Positions 9,222-23,200 of a DNA stretch of 64,000 nt are shown here, one piece after another. The DNA is from Glycera tridactyla. Taxonomy: Eukaryota. The stretch covers positions 86,366,001 to 86,430,000 of the forward strand of contig OZ286465.1 in assembly GCA_965644265.1 (NCBI GenBank), written 5' to 3'. Numbering within the stretch: position 1 is the stretch's first letter; each line of letters begins with the position of its first letter. The notes under the pieces were generated by a model. The model was given only the letters and a program-made list of their open reading frames with translations, was not told the DNA's origin and did no database searches. Both the position numbers and the translations under genes were made by a program.

Positions 9222-12200
9222 ATGAAATGAATGTGCCACTTTTATTAGGCTATAACTGTATTCATGCAGCTTTTATTGTCAGTTTCACAAAGTCTCAACC
9301 AAAAGTAGGATAAAATTGATCAGGCATTCTATCAAGACCACACTCAGAGGTTGTGTAGTGTTACTCCTAGAGTGCATTTGACACAACTGGCCATTTTTAA
9401 TGTGTATACAATATCAGTTAATCCAAAAGCTGGAAAATCAGTAGGAACCAAGAAGGCTATGGTTGATGTGGTGAACCAGAATGTGGAGCGTGACCTACAC
9501 ATTGAATAAGGTCACAACCACTAGGAAACATGAGTTATACCAAATCAGTCATCAATGTCCTTAAGGACTCGAATCATTATGATTCATAAACGAGCATGAC
9601 TTTCACAATTGAAGGATTCTTGTATCGTAGATTTGACCAAAGATGATAGCAATTACTGATACCAAATGGTAATGAAATCAATGCTACAAGAAATGTTCAT
9701 TTACATACTTTCAGAGCCAAATGAATGGCTTCTACATCACAAATAAACCCTTTATACAAAACATGCATCATGGACGTCTTGGAAGCAAGATATCAGTTCA
9801 CAATATCTGAACAATCTGGTATCAATTATTTCTGCTCGTAGATATAAAAGATGGGTATCCTAGACCACCTTGTCTTGCCTGCAGCCGATCATGGGTAGAA
9901 TCCCCATGCACTCCATGCAAAACAAGGCAAGTATGAACCTCTGTACAATGAATTTCACTTCACAGCAATGAACGACCGATCTACTCTCTTTCACTTTGAG
10001 GTATCAACAGTCAGCATCTCTCATTCAATACTTCCGATAATTCAAACTGTGGATGGATGAAAAACCAAGTGGTGTCATCAGCTGCAGAGATCTTCCCTCA
10101 AAACAGGTTAATCATCCGCTTGCCAGGAAGCTGACAAATAAATTGAAATTATCAATATCGCACTATTCGGAAGGCCACCGACCATACTGCAAGTAACACA
10201 GTGCACAGTCTGGTCTGGCACCAAGTCCTGCAGATTCACTGTAACTACAACTGCACACATCACAAATCAATTCACTGAGCATGTATTTCGTAGACCTGAT
10301 ATGTTTGCACTTGAATGCTAAAGAAATTCGAATCACCTCATAGGCTGCTCCAAAATGATGGAAAAAAATCCAAACCCATTTCTTTATTTTCTCTAATTAT
10401 GAATGTTAGGAAGAATATGATACAATAGGCTGAAAGGACTGAAATTAAAGGGCATGGGTTCAAGCCTAAGTTTCGTACAATTGATGAAATATTGGTTGAT
10501 CAATACAATAAGTTTGATATTCAACTCATCAAACCTGCCACATCAATATAAAGGTTTTCAAAACATGGGTTTATCACTCAAATCACATCTGCCTAAATGT
10601 CTACAAGTTTAAAAAGAAAACTGCAAAGAGTGAGAGCTAAATCATATCACAATAATGTTGCCAAGTTTCATATAAGGTTGAACACCCCACGATATCCATG
10701 CATATGGCTGGCACTACATACATCAGTTGAATATATGACCGACTGGAGTGAATTTGTATTGCATGGGAACAATGTGTGGCCAGTGTTTATGTACAATGTG
10801 TATCTAATACACAAAATTATAAACCAAGACAAACATCACAAACAATACAGCTCTTGACAAATATACTCAAAACATTTTGAGGTAAGATGTTTTCAGTTAT
10901 GAAGATGAGAAATTTTACAGTACATGTTTTTTCCTAAGATCGTGAATGCTTTAATAGGAGACTACTAAGTCAAATGTTTATCAATATGATCCATCATTGA
11001 TTCTTTTTCAATAGTGCACACTTAGCTGAAAGAATTATCTCAAAGGGTGCTAAGCATCAATGACTGAATTCAAGTCAGATTCACAAATAAAGAGGCAAAA
11101 CATGCTATGATATTTCAATCTGGGCAGTTTGCTTGTTCCAAGCAAGCAGAAACACCATGAAGGAAAATCTGATAATGATAAGGATGAGAAATCAGTGAAA
11201 AATCAATGAAAAAACAATTAAGAACTCTCAAGGTAGTTGACTATTTCTGATTTCAGCAATATCAAATAGCTTCACATTTCAAAAACTGTGAAACCAAATC
11301 CAGCAAATATTTCTGAAAGTTGTGGCACTGGCTGTATATGGTCTCAAGGTGTGGATGGACAATCAAGTAATAATGTGAACCTTGAAAGAGGTCAAACATT
11401 ACAGTCATGACACACATTTTATGTACAACATTCAGTCCACCTACAGTCAATCATCCCAGTCAATTCAAGGTTTGAAAATGACCACTCACACAATATGTGA
11501 ATTTGTACACCTCAAGGATGCAACCTGGATCACACATCCAATCACACTATAAATACAAGGTGAGGAAACACAACCTCCCATACCCCACACAAACATGCCA
11601 AGCTTTATTTGAATGGATAGTGATAGTATGGTCCAGCTTCCCTGTCAACCACTCACCCAGTATTCACACAACAATGCAGACGCGAAGCATCATGACCGAC
11701 ATTGAGATAGACTGGCCCTAATGATATCGTACCCAAAGAACAATCCCCAGAACACAGCCCTGAATTTAGTCTGAACACAACATACACTTAACAGGTCAAT
11801 GAAGCTCAATAAAGTAATCATTACCATCATAATAATGACTACAATAGTTTCATTTCCCAGCAAAGAGTTTCATGGAAACTGAAGAAAATCGAAGCATGAC
11901 CGAATGACGAAGGTTTCAGGATGATAAGCTTGGTTCTGGTATGAGATGAACATTCAATGCAGCTGATTAAAACTTGGCAAGTGAATATCTCGCACCTGAA
12001 TAATGTACCATGCATGTGGCACTGGCTGCATACACATCGGTCCATTTCACCCATGCTATCTCCCCCATTTCCATGACAAATTCTAGCTGTTTACTTGGTC
12101 CTGCCACATGACTAGTGAAGGACTGTAGCGGGGTCATTTGAAAGCAAGGGTAAGTTTAGTCTCTGGGGATTGGCTGACATGACCATCAATCAGATAAATC

Positions 12201-15200
12201 ACAGCACTGTCCTTTCAATAATGTTCAATTGTTAAAAGGTACCATCATGATAAATTCTGAAGAAACTTCACATACTTTTTAAAAGACCTAAGAATGCAAA
12301 TGTATACTTTATGTACCATGGCTTAACATCAAAAACTACTAATTACTGAGAAAGTATAATTTGATATGGACTACTAGCATATCAAGAGCAGCAAGCACTG
12401 CCCTGACATATGAACTTCTTGATATCTGTTTTTCAACATCTTGTCAGAATCCAGACACAGGCATGCCCCAGAGAACCTGAATTCCCAGATGCTCCTCAGT
12501 ATATGGCTGAATACAAAAGAGTACAAAATAAAATTACAAAGTCAGTTGAACAGTGAGTGATAAGTTGAAGTGTGAGTCATACAGATGGGCCGATTTCTAG
12601 ATACATTACCCAGAATAATTATTTTAGGATTGAAAGCAAACCGGGAGTTAGTCTATTTAAATTCTGCTGTATCTCAGAATCAGATGACATTGGAGTGAAT
12701 TCATATCATCCATGAGGTACATCAGAACTCCAGTAGAATTCCTCCACGTGGTTTCTAAACCGATCGTGTCTCACGACTTGTCCAACATAATGATATTGCA
12801 AACATAATTCCATCCCTGCTGGCTGAAGCATAAGAGGCAGTATATGCAAAATTAACACCAAGTAGATCCCCTAACATCACATCATTTGAACCCTCTGACA
12901 TGCCCCACAACAGATTGCAGGTCAATAACGAAATGAATGTTGAAACAAAAAGCGAAAGTTCAACAACAACAAGCGGGAAGGTACAGAAATGAATACATCC
13001 ACAGGTAGTATATCCTTTCTCTTTACATGCACCTACTCCAACTCTTTCTAGGCCGTAACCAGCTCCAGAAAATGTTCATCCAGTGATCTGACGAGAACAC
13101 AAAAGAAGCGAGTTGCGAGATTAGAATATTTGTGCCTTGCACGCAAGAGAAGAAAAGGACAGGAAGAGTGGGAGCATCATCCACTTACATCCCCGAAGTC
13201 TACTAATCAGAACTCCTGATGGGTAATGTTTGTTCAAACACACCAGTAGTTGTCTGGTTCAATGAAGACTACTCATTGTTGAATGAGCTTCAGCAGGAAT
13301 AGAAAGATGGGAGAGAATTGAGGCAAGTATGTCAATTTGAGATTGTAAAGATAAGCAATTGTTTCGTCAGAGCTATTGATCACAGGGTCAACGACTTGTC
13401 AGATGAGAAAGGATCTACTGCATTTGTTTGCCAGGGAACATTCATTAAAATAGCATCGATCAATCAATTCAAAACATGGGAACAAAATATACAACAAAAT
13501 CCAAGCACAGAAAGATACAAGATGGTCGAAGTCAACAAAACGAAACTTATCAACACAACATAATACACCAGAGGACTCTTGGCTGCCCCACACTGGAAAG
13601 ATGCCATCTGGTGTCAGGTGATGAAGTTTGGCCCAGGAAGGGTCCACAGAAACTGACCCACGCTGCCATCTTGTAAAAGCGAAACAGCGACTGCATGATT
13701 GTCATCAGGTCTCTCGGTTGATATTATAATCAATCAATCAATAAATGAGGGCCAAGAAGGCATTGCAGGGGAAAAAAAACGAAGCAAACGGCGTTGCCTC
13801 AGTATCTTTTTTAATTCACCAGGTGTGAGCGCAAAAGTAGCTGTAATTTCTCTATTGGTTCACTCATGTAAGCTGCTAATACATGTAGCTAGAAGGTGGA
13901 AAGTGAGAACGGGCTTATTGTGATAATATATCAACTCAATATATCAATTCTCGATTGCACTGCAAAGATCAGACAACATAAGCCATTCCTTGAGGCAGTA
14001 TTGACTGGAGAGCTAGATGATGTGATTTGTTTGTTTGTTTGAAGTTCAACAGCAGGTATTAATCATAGGGTTAATTAATGTGACAGCAAAGTCCCTACAA
14101 TGGTTCAGCACAAAAATAATTTGCAGACTTGGACAAAGGTGGGCTGTAAGCAACATTCAGCATGGCAAACTCCATTTCATTTGACATTAGAACGAAAGTC
14201 TGACGAAGTCAATCAAAACTACATATACCCAAATTTAGATGCCACTCTTGGATCCCCTTAATACCAAAAACTGAATGGATACACGAAATTCTGGTGACAT
14301 GATGCCTGGTTAAACTACACACAAATCAGACAAATAATTCTTTGGATAATGAATTCAGATGATATCCATCCATTTTGCTTACTTCAAATATTTGTCCATG
14401 GAAACATCAAAATATGCATGGGCGTGCTGAGCGTATGACTGACTGGAGAGCTAGATGGTAAGTTAGAAATGAATACGGTTATGACCTAATCTGAATAAAC
14501 ACGGTAACACACACAGGTTAGAAGAAACAATAAACAGATGGTTGGTTCACCTAAAACACCTTATAACTAGTAAGACTGCATGTACATTATCCAACCAGCC
14601 CTTCTCATGAGGTTGTAAAAATCAACAAAATCAGACGCAAGTTCTGAACCCCAATTTTGATTTTTGAAATGGTTACATTTAGAAAAAGTTTCAAATAATG
14701 AATAAATGAGGTGATTCAACTAGACATCATCTAGGAAACTTTGCATCAAGACAGAATATCTTTCACAGTAATTGTCCCTTCCATTCACATAAGTGATACT
14801 TAAGTGGTATATAGTAAAAGATGACCTCACCAAGAAATTCACCAGGGTTAATTGAAGAAATTTCATTTCTGGCAGACTACCATATGCTGACCAACATGGA
14901 CATTGGTCCTTGTTGAAAATATTCAATGTGAAAATAAAGGCATCATCGAATTTGAGCTATTCCCATTGATCCAACTTACATGTAAGACATTCAATTGGGT
15001 TTTGCCAGAGTTTATGGGATAAAACCAATGCTTTCTGCTTAGTTATAGAAATTTTTTAGGTGACTCGACCAACCATAGTCACTGTTACAGGACAGCGGAC
15101 AAATTTACACAATTTTCACGCATGCATCATCTCTCAGGAAATTTATGTACATAATTACAAATTATCATTATTATCACTAATGCCTATGATACAATGACAG

Positions 15201-15377
15201 GAAGGATTGTACATCAGTCCGGCCGAATATATATATATATTTATATATACGTGAGTGTGTATGTGTATTTATATGATATAAATCCCATATGATACATGTG
15301 TGAAACTGGTCTGGTATATAAAACATGGCGACCGAGAGCATGGCAGCAGGAGGTTATGACTTATAATTATATAAAAT

Positions 15378-15411
15378 TGCTGCTGCTGCCACTGCTGCTG
15401 CTGCTGCTGCT
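15378..15411. repeat. (CTG)n microsatellite
   Basis: Direct inspection. Confidence 0.9.
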
Positions 15412-17041
15412 CCACCTGATTATGATGATGTCAGGGCAAACAGAAGACAATACCAGCTATCATTTGATTACAGCTGAACACTGATTTCATTTTCCTACGA
15501 TATTATGCACACTATCATCAGCATGCTCTTCCACTTTCAATAGTATAGTTAAATTGCATGTGGAATATTTGAAATGGTTCAATGTATGACCATTGGTTTT
15601 ATTTTCTGTTTTTGTTTTATTTTCTTTATTTCAATTCGTCCAAATATACTTATATCACATACATATAATTGAATACATGTGCCCTGGTTTATTGTATTCT
15701 GTTTGCCCCTGGTACCCTGCAGATATATCATGGCTTTCCTCGAATCAATCAATGAAATTGAAGATTGCACAAGGCCTGGCAGACATTGCATTCATTGCAA
15801 CCAATGGCAGCATAATTTTTTGATTTAAGCCAGAATTTACAGCATATATACTATATTGTGAATGATGATAATGATACAGTACATCCACTGTGACATGCTC
15901 TCTATATGAGGCAGACTATATAATGATGTATGGGCACTTAATTTTCATTCAGCACTACATGGTTTTACCTATAGCATCATGAACATTCTAATATCACCAG
16001 AAGAGAAATGCAAGAAATGAGCACAACTGAATTCTATATCAAATCTTCTGCAGGCGATTGAGCTGAGGTAAAATTGCATATCTGTTTAATTCAGAATTTT
16101 TAGTCATTATTTGAATATCCAAAATTTGATTTGAAGTGGAAGGATACCCTTTGATATTGTTTACTGACAAAATGATTGATACCTAGGTTGAGTTAACGTA
16201 AGTCACTTCCGAAGTCACTCATTGTCATACTGAAATGTAGCTCTCAGTATAAGCATTCCATTCTCAAGACTCAACAAATATACAGCCACCATCAGAATAG
16301 TTCGGTTTTTTCTAGTTGCATACTAATACTTATAGAATGAACTAATTATTTCCAAAACTAAGGAAATGCATTTTGATGAATCACAGCTTTTATGACAATC
16401 GGATACGTGTGATACAAACACAAAAGAACATTGGTCCAAACAGGTACCGTCCTTCATTTCTAGATGGGTGCTGCATGCGAGAGATTGAGAGACAATAATG
16501 ATTTACCACTGATCCTTATGTCCTGGCTGCAATAGCAGCCAGAGTTGTGTCTATACAGAATGGATCGCCAATGTTTTGAAATATATGTACAGTAAATCTG
16601 ACACTGGTGGACCATTACTGCAACTTTTGAGTGAAAGTCGGCGGTGTAATGATGACAAATCTATCGGTGTTCCTCACTAGATTACCTGTGACACATGAAG
16701 AGAGCAACACCAAGTCTCGCCTGAGGACTGTGAAGGCAAGACTGGTGAGACTTAATTGATTGAGAATCATGCTACATGAAGGAATATCCAGACATGAAAA
16801 ATGACTGTGATGACCTGATGACTAAACACTCGGTGGACAGGTGAACCTTAATCGATACATATACATGTATACATATTATTCATGTTTCAGAAATCTGAAT
16901 GTAGACACAGGCTATGCCAGATCTCAGTCACAATGTCCCCAGGAGATCCAGAAGCCTGAGACTGCTCTGCTCTTCAGATCTCCGATTATTCCATGAAGAT
17001 TCCATCATGTTTCCTTCGGACTTTTGACTGAAGACTTGCAA

Positions 17042-17096
17042 GATGATGAGGATGAGGATGAAGATGAGGATGATGACTATGATGACTATGATGATG
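17042..17096. repeat. Imperfect (GAT)n tract immediately after the SLMAP-like stop codon
   Basis: Direct inspection. Confidence 0.9.
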
Positions 17097-17201
17097 CTAC
17101 GTGAGCGATCGTGTTGCCGTGATCTCGGAGAGCCATGGATACAGTGCCAGAAGGAATCCAAATGCAAGAAAACACAGAGGTATCATCGAACAATGAAACA
17201 C
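17097..17201 (-). CDS. SLMAP: SLMAP-like terminal exon with tail anchor: VFHCSMIPLCFLAFGFLLALYPWLSEITATRSLT*
   Basis: Very strong acceptor ttcttttcttttctttcag|GTG; phase 0 matches the previous exon; about 18-aa hydrophobic helix; TAG at 17099-17097. Confidence 0.85.
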   Translation of the reverse strand: MFHCSMIPLCFLAFGFLLALYPWLSEITATRSLT

Positions 17202-20200
17202 CTGAAAGAAAAGAAAAGAAATCACATGAATACATTATATCTTTCCTTGTGAAACAATAATATACAATATGTACACTGAAATAAAAGAGAGTATATTGCA
17301 AAATGATCATTTGTCGGACAGACCCACAGGATCCATGATTAACAAATAGAAGTTCTGTGAGAAGATGATATTCGAATAAATGGATGACCATGAAAGGTCA
17401 ATCCTGTTATCATAGACATTGATGAGGTCTTGTCCAATTTTGTAACAAATCTTCAAAAAAATTCCTGGAAAAAACAAACTTAAAGCACGACCTGACACTG
17501 CTAGAAAATAAAGTTTGAGTTGTGACCAATTCAACTGACCAGAGATCTGCACTCCAATGTTTTCAGTCTTCGCCAAATCCAAATGCACCTACACTCAGTT
17601 TGTGACACCCATTTTTGCTAATAGTTCTTCACACTTAGTGAGTGATATAGGAACACATATACATATATTGGATTCTGTGACATATACGGTTAACTACCCA
17701 TCGATTCGTGCTTGGATTAACAATTTCTATCGGCACTTTTCTGCATTTCTATTGAACCTTGTTTAGGATGAAAACAATTTCAAACTATATCATGTAAAGA
17801 TGAATGATTGGCATAGTTGCTTCTCAGGAATGAATGGGAAAATTGATGTCATAAGAAATGGTGAAAAGGCTGTGATGTGCTAGTCAAGTTTTATCCCATT
17901 CCGATCCCATCATCGTAGAGATAACATCCCATGTAGCAGGACTGAGTGCAGCTCCAAGCAGTCCCAGGTCACCAGAAATGTTGCTAACTGTTACAGTAAA
18001 TATGGTTAGTTCTGAGTGAGTCTCATAATGACTCAATAAATGTTCACTTGCTCTATTTTCCATCTACATGTACTAACTGCTTGAATGAAGGTGATGAGTG
18101 TTGTATCTGGACCTGATCCACTTGATAGAGACCACCCTTTTGTTCTGACCCTAATGAAGTACCTCCAGATTGTTTTTGTTTATGGTTTTGCAACATATAT
18201 CAACCCGAGGATTATGCATGTGGTGTGTTCCTGGTGAATGAATGCCAGATGGTCTGTCCCCTGCAGGCATCACTTACACAAACCCATTAAAGGAGATGAT
18301 TGGGTTTCAGGTTCCCAATTGGAGGTAGCTGACAGTTCAGACACACCTCTTTTACTCAGCATTGTTCTGACGCTGAGGTTTTTCCAAAGAATGAATGATA
18401 TGGGAGGATTGCGCCTATATTCCAAACATATACTGACAGTGATTTCCTGACACCTCCCCAAATTTAATGAAATTGCTGTTCCAGATTTGAAACTCCAGAA
18501 ACTTTTGGATTTCGGAATCTATAACAAATTTCCTGAATTCAGGAAAATTCCTGAATACCTGTTCTGATGACCATGTATTTCAGAACACACGATGGAAACA
18601 TGGCTGTCAATGTTTCATGATTCATACAGATAATATGAATTGGAATGGTTCTTTCCATGGGAGGGGGCTGAGGCAATTTCATGCTCCAGTGGATCATTGT
18701 GGACTAAGTTGTGCACCTTAATTCGTGAATCAATGGTGCAATAGTATTCACTACCATGCATCCAATTCATGTGGTCTACAGATACCCAATTTACCATGCT
18801 CTATGAGGAGTGATCATCACCCACGTTATCATGAAACTGTTCACTTGCACCCCAGAAAAACTATTACAACAAACAATAGAATGATCTTAAGTAATGCATG
18901 GCAAATGTGTCAATTCTTGTTCTCTCTGAATACTAAGAGAGGGGAGGGGGGGGGGGGGGGGGGTATTCAAAGAAATGCATTCATATTTTAACCTGATGCA
19001 TCCCATCTGCACAGATTGCATTATTATATGTGAGCAGAGTAGATAACTCTACATTACTGACTTGTTCCATAAATTTGTGACAAAACTTTCACAAAAACAT
19101 GCATGCCAACTGAGTGTCAAATCCTTTCTGATCATCAGAGAGTGGAAAATGTTCCCTTCACTATCTGACCACTAAAACACTTTATCTTCCAGTAACTAAA
19201 TAGTTGCATGTTTCATTCTTCCTGGTAATACACAGTATACAGTCACCAAATTCATACCCCTCATGGACGTTAGGATGTGTGTTGTAATCTATAAATGAAT
19301 ATGATGATAATGCCAATCTACTGATATGAATGTGACAGCATGTCAAGCCAAAAAGGAACAAAGCTCTCCCAGGGGTGAGACATTATAACAGCGAGGCTGG
19401 TTGTATCAGGGGGCAACTCCTGTGGTAAATTAACAGCACTACTTGTCACTCACAACTGACTGCTACATCAACCCCACCCTGGCACCAAAATCTCTGCCGC
19501 CACCGCCACCACCTACATCATCACCACCATTGTTGCTGCAGCCGCCCTAAATCTTTTTGATCTTAATAGGGCAAGATCCCCCCCCCCCCCCTCTACTTAA
19601 GAGTTGCAGAGTTGCTTTCGAAGTACCAAGCCTAAGTAGCCAAATTTGGGGAGCGAAAAATTCAAGTGCATTCTATATCAAGCACTAGCTTGGGGAAACT
19701 TTAATCATGCGCATGCCTTCGAAAATCCAGCTGAATGATCCCATTTGGACAAATATTCATATTGCCATGCCTTCCCATCCTCACCTTTAGATGTTTCAGG
19801 GCAAGTACACTGTGATGAACCCACATTTTGCAGAATTCATTTTGATATTTGATCCATTAAAATGATTCAAATCTCACCATTTTAATTCCTTATCATGGCT
19901 GGGTCCCATGTTCCATGTTATGGGCTTGATAAGCCTAATAATGATCTTATGAACCCTAACATTTGCTGTGAGGTGCCACTTTGATATTGCCCTGACTGAA
20001 AAGTGGGCTTCTCAACACCTTAGCCAGACCCAGTCACCAAGTCCAAATTGTTGAACCATCAATACTAATCATCCCTTCTATAGTCTTGGAATAGATTCAT
20101 CAGGTTGGATAGTTCAATCTAGGTGAGAAACTCTCTGTCACAGGTGAGAAACTCTCTACCATACGCATGTCTTGCTGAATATGTGATCATAAAAACAGAA

Positions 20201-23200
20201 ATCTGTGGATGCGCAGAACAATCTATCCCTGTGTGAAATAGATGTACTAGAAGAAACATGTGAATGTGGAAGGGTAAAAGTGAAAAGTGCATACATTCAC
20301 ATACCCAATATATAAACCCGGAGTATGTTTGATCTCCCTGTTAAGGTTGTATTGAATAAACCCAGTTCAATCTGTATCTGAAGGGTATCAGAAGTCTGTG
20401 CAGGAAAGCCAACCATATTTAACAAGCTCTACCCTAAAAGATTATTTCATCATCTCAAATTTGAAAATTTAACCTTACTACACTGAAACATGATACGTCC
20501 ATTTCATGAATACTGGACCAATGTTAGAATAACATATCGACACCTGTCCCAGACATTTTGATAACCTATTGAGTCACAGCTGGAATACCTCTAGAACAGA
20601 TGAATGATCTTATACACTACCATAGCAAGGAGTCTGTCCCCTGGTGTTGAGACCGCCGCATGCGCCATTCAGTGAAATGACACATGCGACCGTCTGATCA
20701 CCAACGTAGGAGTTATGTCTTAATGAGTCCCAGTCATACATGTGACCCTTTCATGGTCATGATACAGGTATCTGCCAAGAGGGGCTGCTGGCCTGCCAGC
20801 AACCACCATCAGTGCTGGACAACACACCATCAAAGGCATAAGCAAGGCCACCCACCAGCTTTCGTAACCGGGAGCTAGCATGGTGAGAACATAGGCTCAG
20901 ATTCACATGAGGCATGTAACTCTCTGAATCATAGACAGCCTGCCAAATTGAGCTGTCAATCATTCAAAAAGCCACACGGACGAGAAACTGAGCTGACCAT
21001 GAAAGGGAAGAAGCAAGCTGGTGCATGATTTACCAGTTTCTTGCTCAGCCTCTCATGTCAGGAGGGCTCCTGAAATGATCAAAATCTTGTTAGATTCTTC
21101 AAATGAATGGTCACTACTTGCTCGAAACTTGAAATAACCCTCATGTGAACAGAAATTGGATGACATGAACTTTGTGTGCACCATCAATGAAAATTCTCAA
21201 TCATGTTTTCAGAGATGCATCTAGAAATTCAAATTCAGGGGTCAATTGGCCCTTTCAATTAACTAGTTGGGGCCAATGCCAAATTCATGGGCGCCAATAT
21301 TAAGGAAACGGTAGAAGAAAAAAAACTCGGGGGTTTTGGCCTAACATCATTTTGAAAAGGGGCCAAAGAAAGCAAATGTGTGTCAACTGGCCCATTCCCC
21401 TACTAGATGCAACCCTGTATTTTACTACACATGATGTGTTTTGTGGTACTCATTCCTATGACATGTACTGAGAGGCACTCACATGCGATCAATTACCTCC
21501 ACCAATATAACAATGACTTTCATCCATGCAACAAATTGACCAACTGAAATGTTAGTGACATAATTACTCGAAACAACAATCGATGCACCAAGCCCAACAT
21601 TTTAGCATGTTCTTTCTTTTCAATCATTCCAAAAGTAATCCTTCAGACTCTAGACATGTACAGGAGTCAATGACTGTTCTCAGCAATCACAATTATGGAT
21701 TTTCGGGCAAGCATTAGGGTACAGGGCACAAATGATGAACATAATCTCTGCAATCACCAAAAAAGCAACTGAGGATAGGACCAAATAAAATTTTGGCAAA
21801 GTTTTATAGTGGATGGATATTCAGGTTTTCATGTGGTGAAAAGAAAAACCACAACCATTCGAAAACACCGCTCCTATTCGTTTGGATCTCCAAAGATGCA
21901 AGTACTGTGCCAATCGCACTCAATTCTGCCCAAATTGCCTAAGAGCAATGTATTAATTCTTCGTTCTCCTTAGTTGTAGTACCATCTTTGATTTTGTGAG
22001 TCTGCCAACTTTTGATGACTGAAATCTTTTCCAGAGTAATGATTACAGTAAGTGCGATGATCAAATAAAAGGATCATGAATTTCACATCAAGTGATGTGA
22101 GTGACCCTAACCTGAAAATTGTAATGCTTGGCATTGCTGCACAAGATGTGTATGCTACATCAACCTGTCTGATGATGTATGATGTATGCTGCCCATAACT
22201 TCCGGCTGGCTGACAGCATGTAAAGGTCATCACATAGTTCTTATTGAGATAACCCACCTTCACAGACAAGTCAACCAAGAAGGCACACCGCTCAACCGCT
22301 TCCCATTGAAATCTGGGTCAGAACATTAACTGACACACAGAATCAGATACACATCATCACAAAAATGACTGATAAATAGCAAAATCTCTGATTCCTCTCC
22401 CCCCCCCCCCCCTGTAAGTGTACTAAACCTGATGCACTTTGCTCTGTCATTACACTTTGCCATCTGACCTCCTGTTCTACCACTTCATATCTGTTATTGT
22501 CCAGGGCAGCTAGAACTCAAATGCCATAAAGATTAGATAACCCCTCCCCACGTATTTTCATAGAAATGTCAATAGATGGAGAGTAAGAGGTGCTTAAAGT
22601 TGCTCTGAAGAACACATCGGAAGTTCCTTTGTTTCCGAAGGCCATCTGGTGAACTCATTTGCAGTTCATTTGTATTTGCGAATAATCTGAACCTCAACAA
22701 CTGATGATGATTGTCTCAGTTGCTACATTCAAAAAGGGTATGACTGATGTGGCGAAAATATTGAGGATGACCAACATGCGCACTCAATCAACTCAAAGCA
22801 AATGCAGGAAGCGCGGCATGCATGGTGCTCTTCAGGGATCTGCGCTATCCGTTATTTTCCAAACATTATCCCAACTGTTTCGAATAGGGGAAGTGTCACA
22901 TAGCCTTTTTCAACGATCTACAGAGGGACCAGAAGTCTGTCATCTCATTTCCCCTTGAGGGACTACTTTTAGTCAGAGAAATTTAATGATACCTTGCACG
23001 AATTTGCTCTAAAGATGACTAAATAACTATTTCTGTGGTGCTGGTTTCAGCAGAAAAGTACATGAGCTGAACATCTGAGAATATCCTATGACCTCTGAAA
23101 ACTAAGAACTTGTCTGCAATGGCATCACTAGGATCTAAGACACTCAATTACAACCTGGAAAATCCTGCAAAAGATTTCAATACAGATTGATCACAAGGGG

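Noticed and set aside
14002-14457. 18-bp direct repeat TGACTGGAGAGCTAGATG at 14002 and 14440
   Set aside because: Only two copies, no array or element boundaries; not CRISPR-like
16928-17167. Minus-strand ORF with SIIIVIIVIILIFILILIIL as the tail anchor
   Set aside because: The hydrophobicity is just the (ATC)n repeat; the frame does not match the strong acceptor at 17201, which gives the real TM in another frame
18841-18932. Hydrophobic ALLKIILLFVVIVFLGCK* as a second, alternative tail-anchor exon
   Set aside because: No phase-0 acceptor in that frame; the nearby acceptor reads into an early stop
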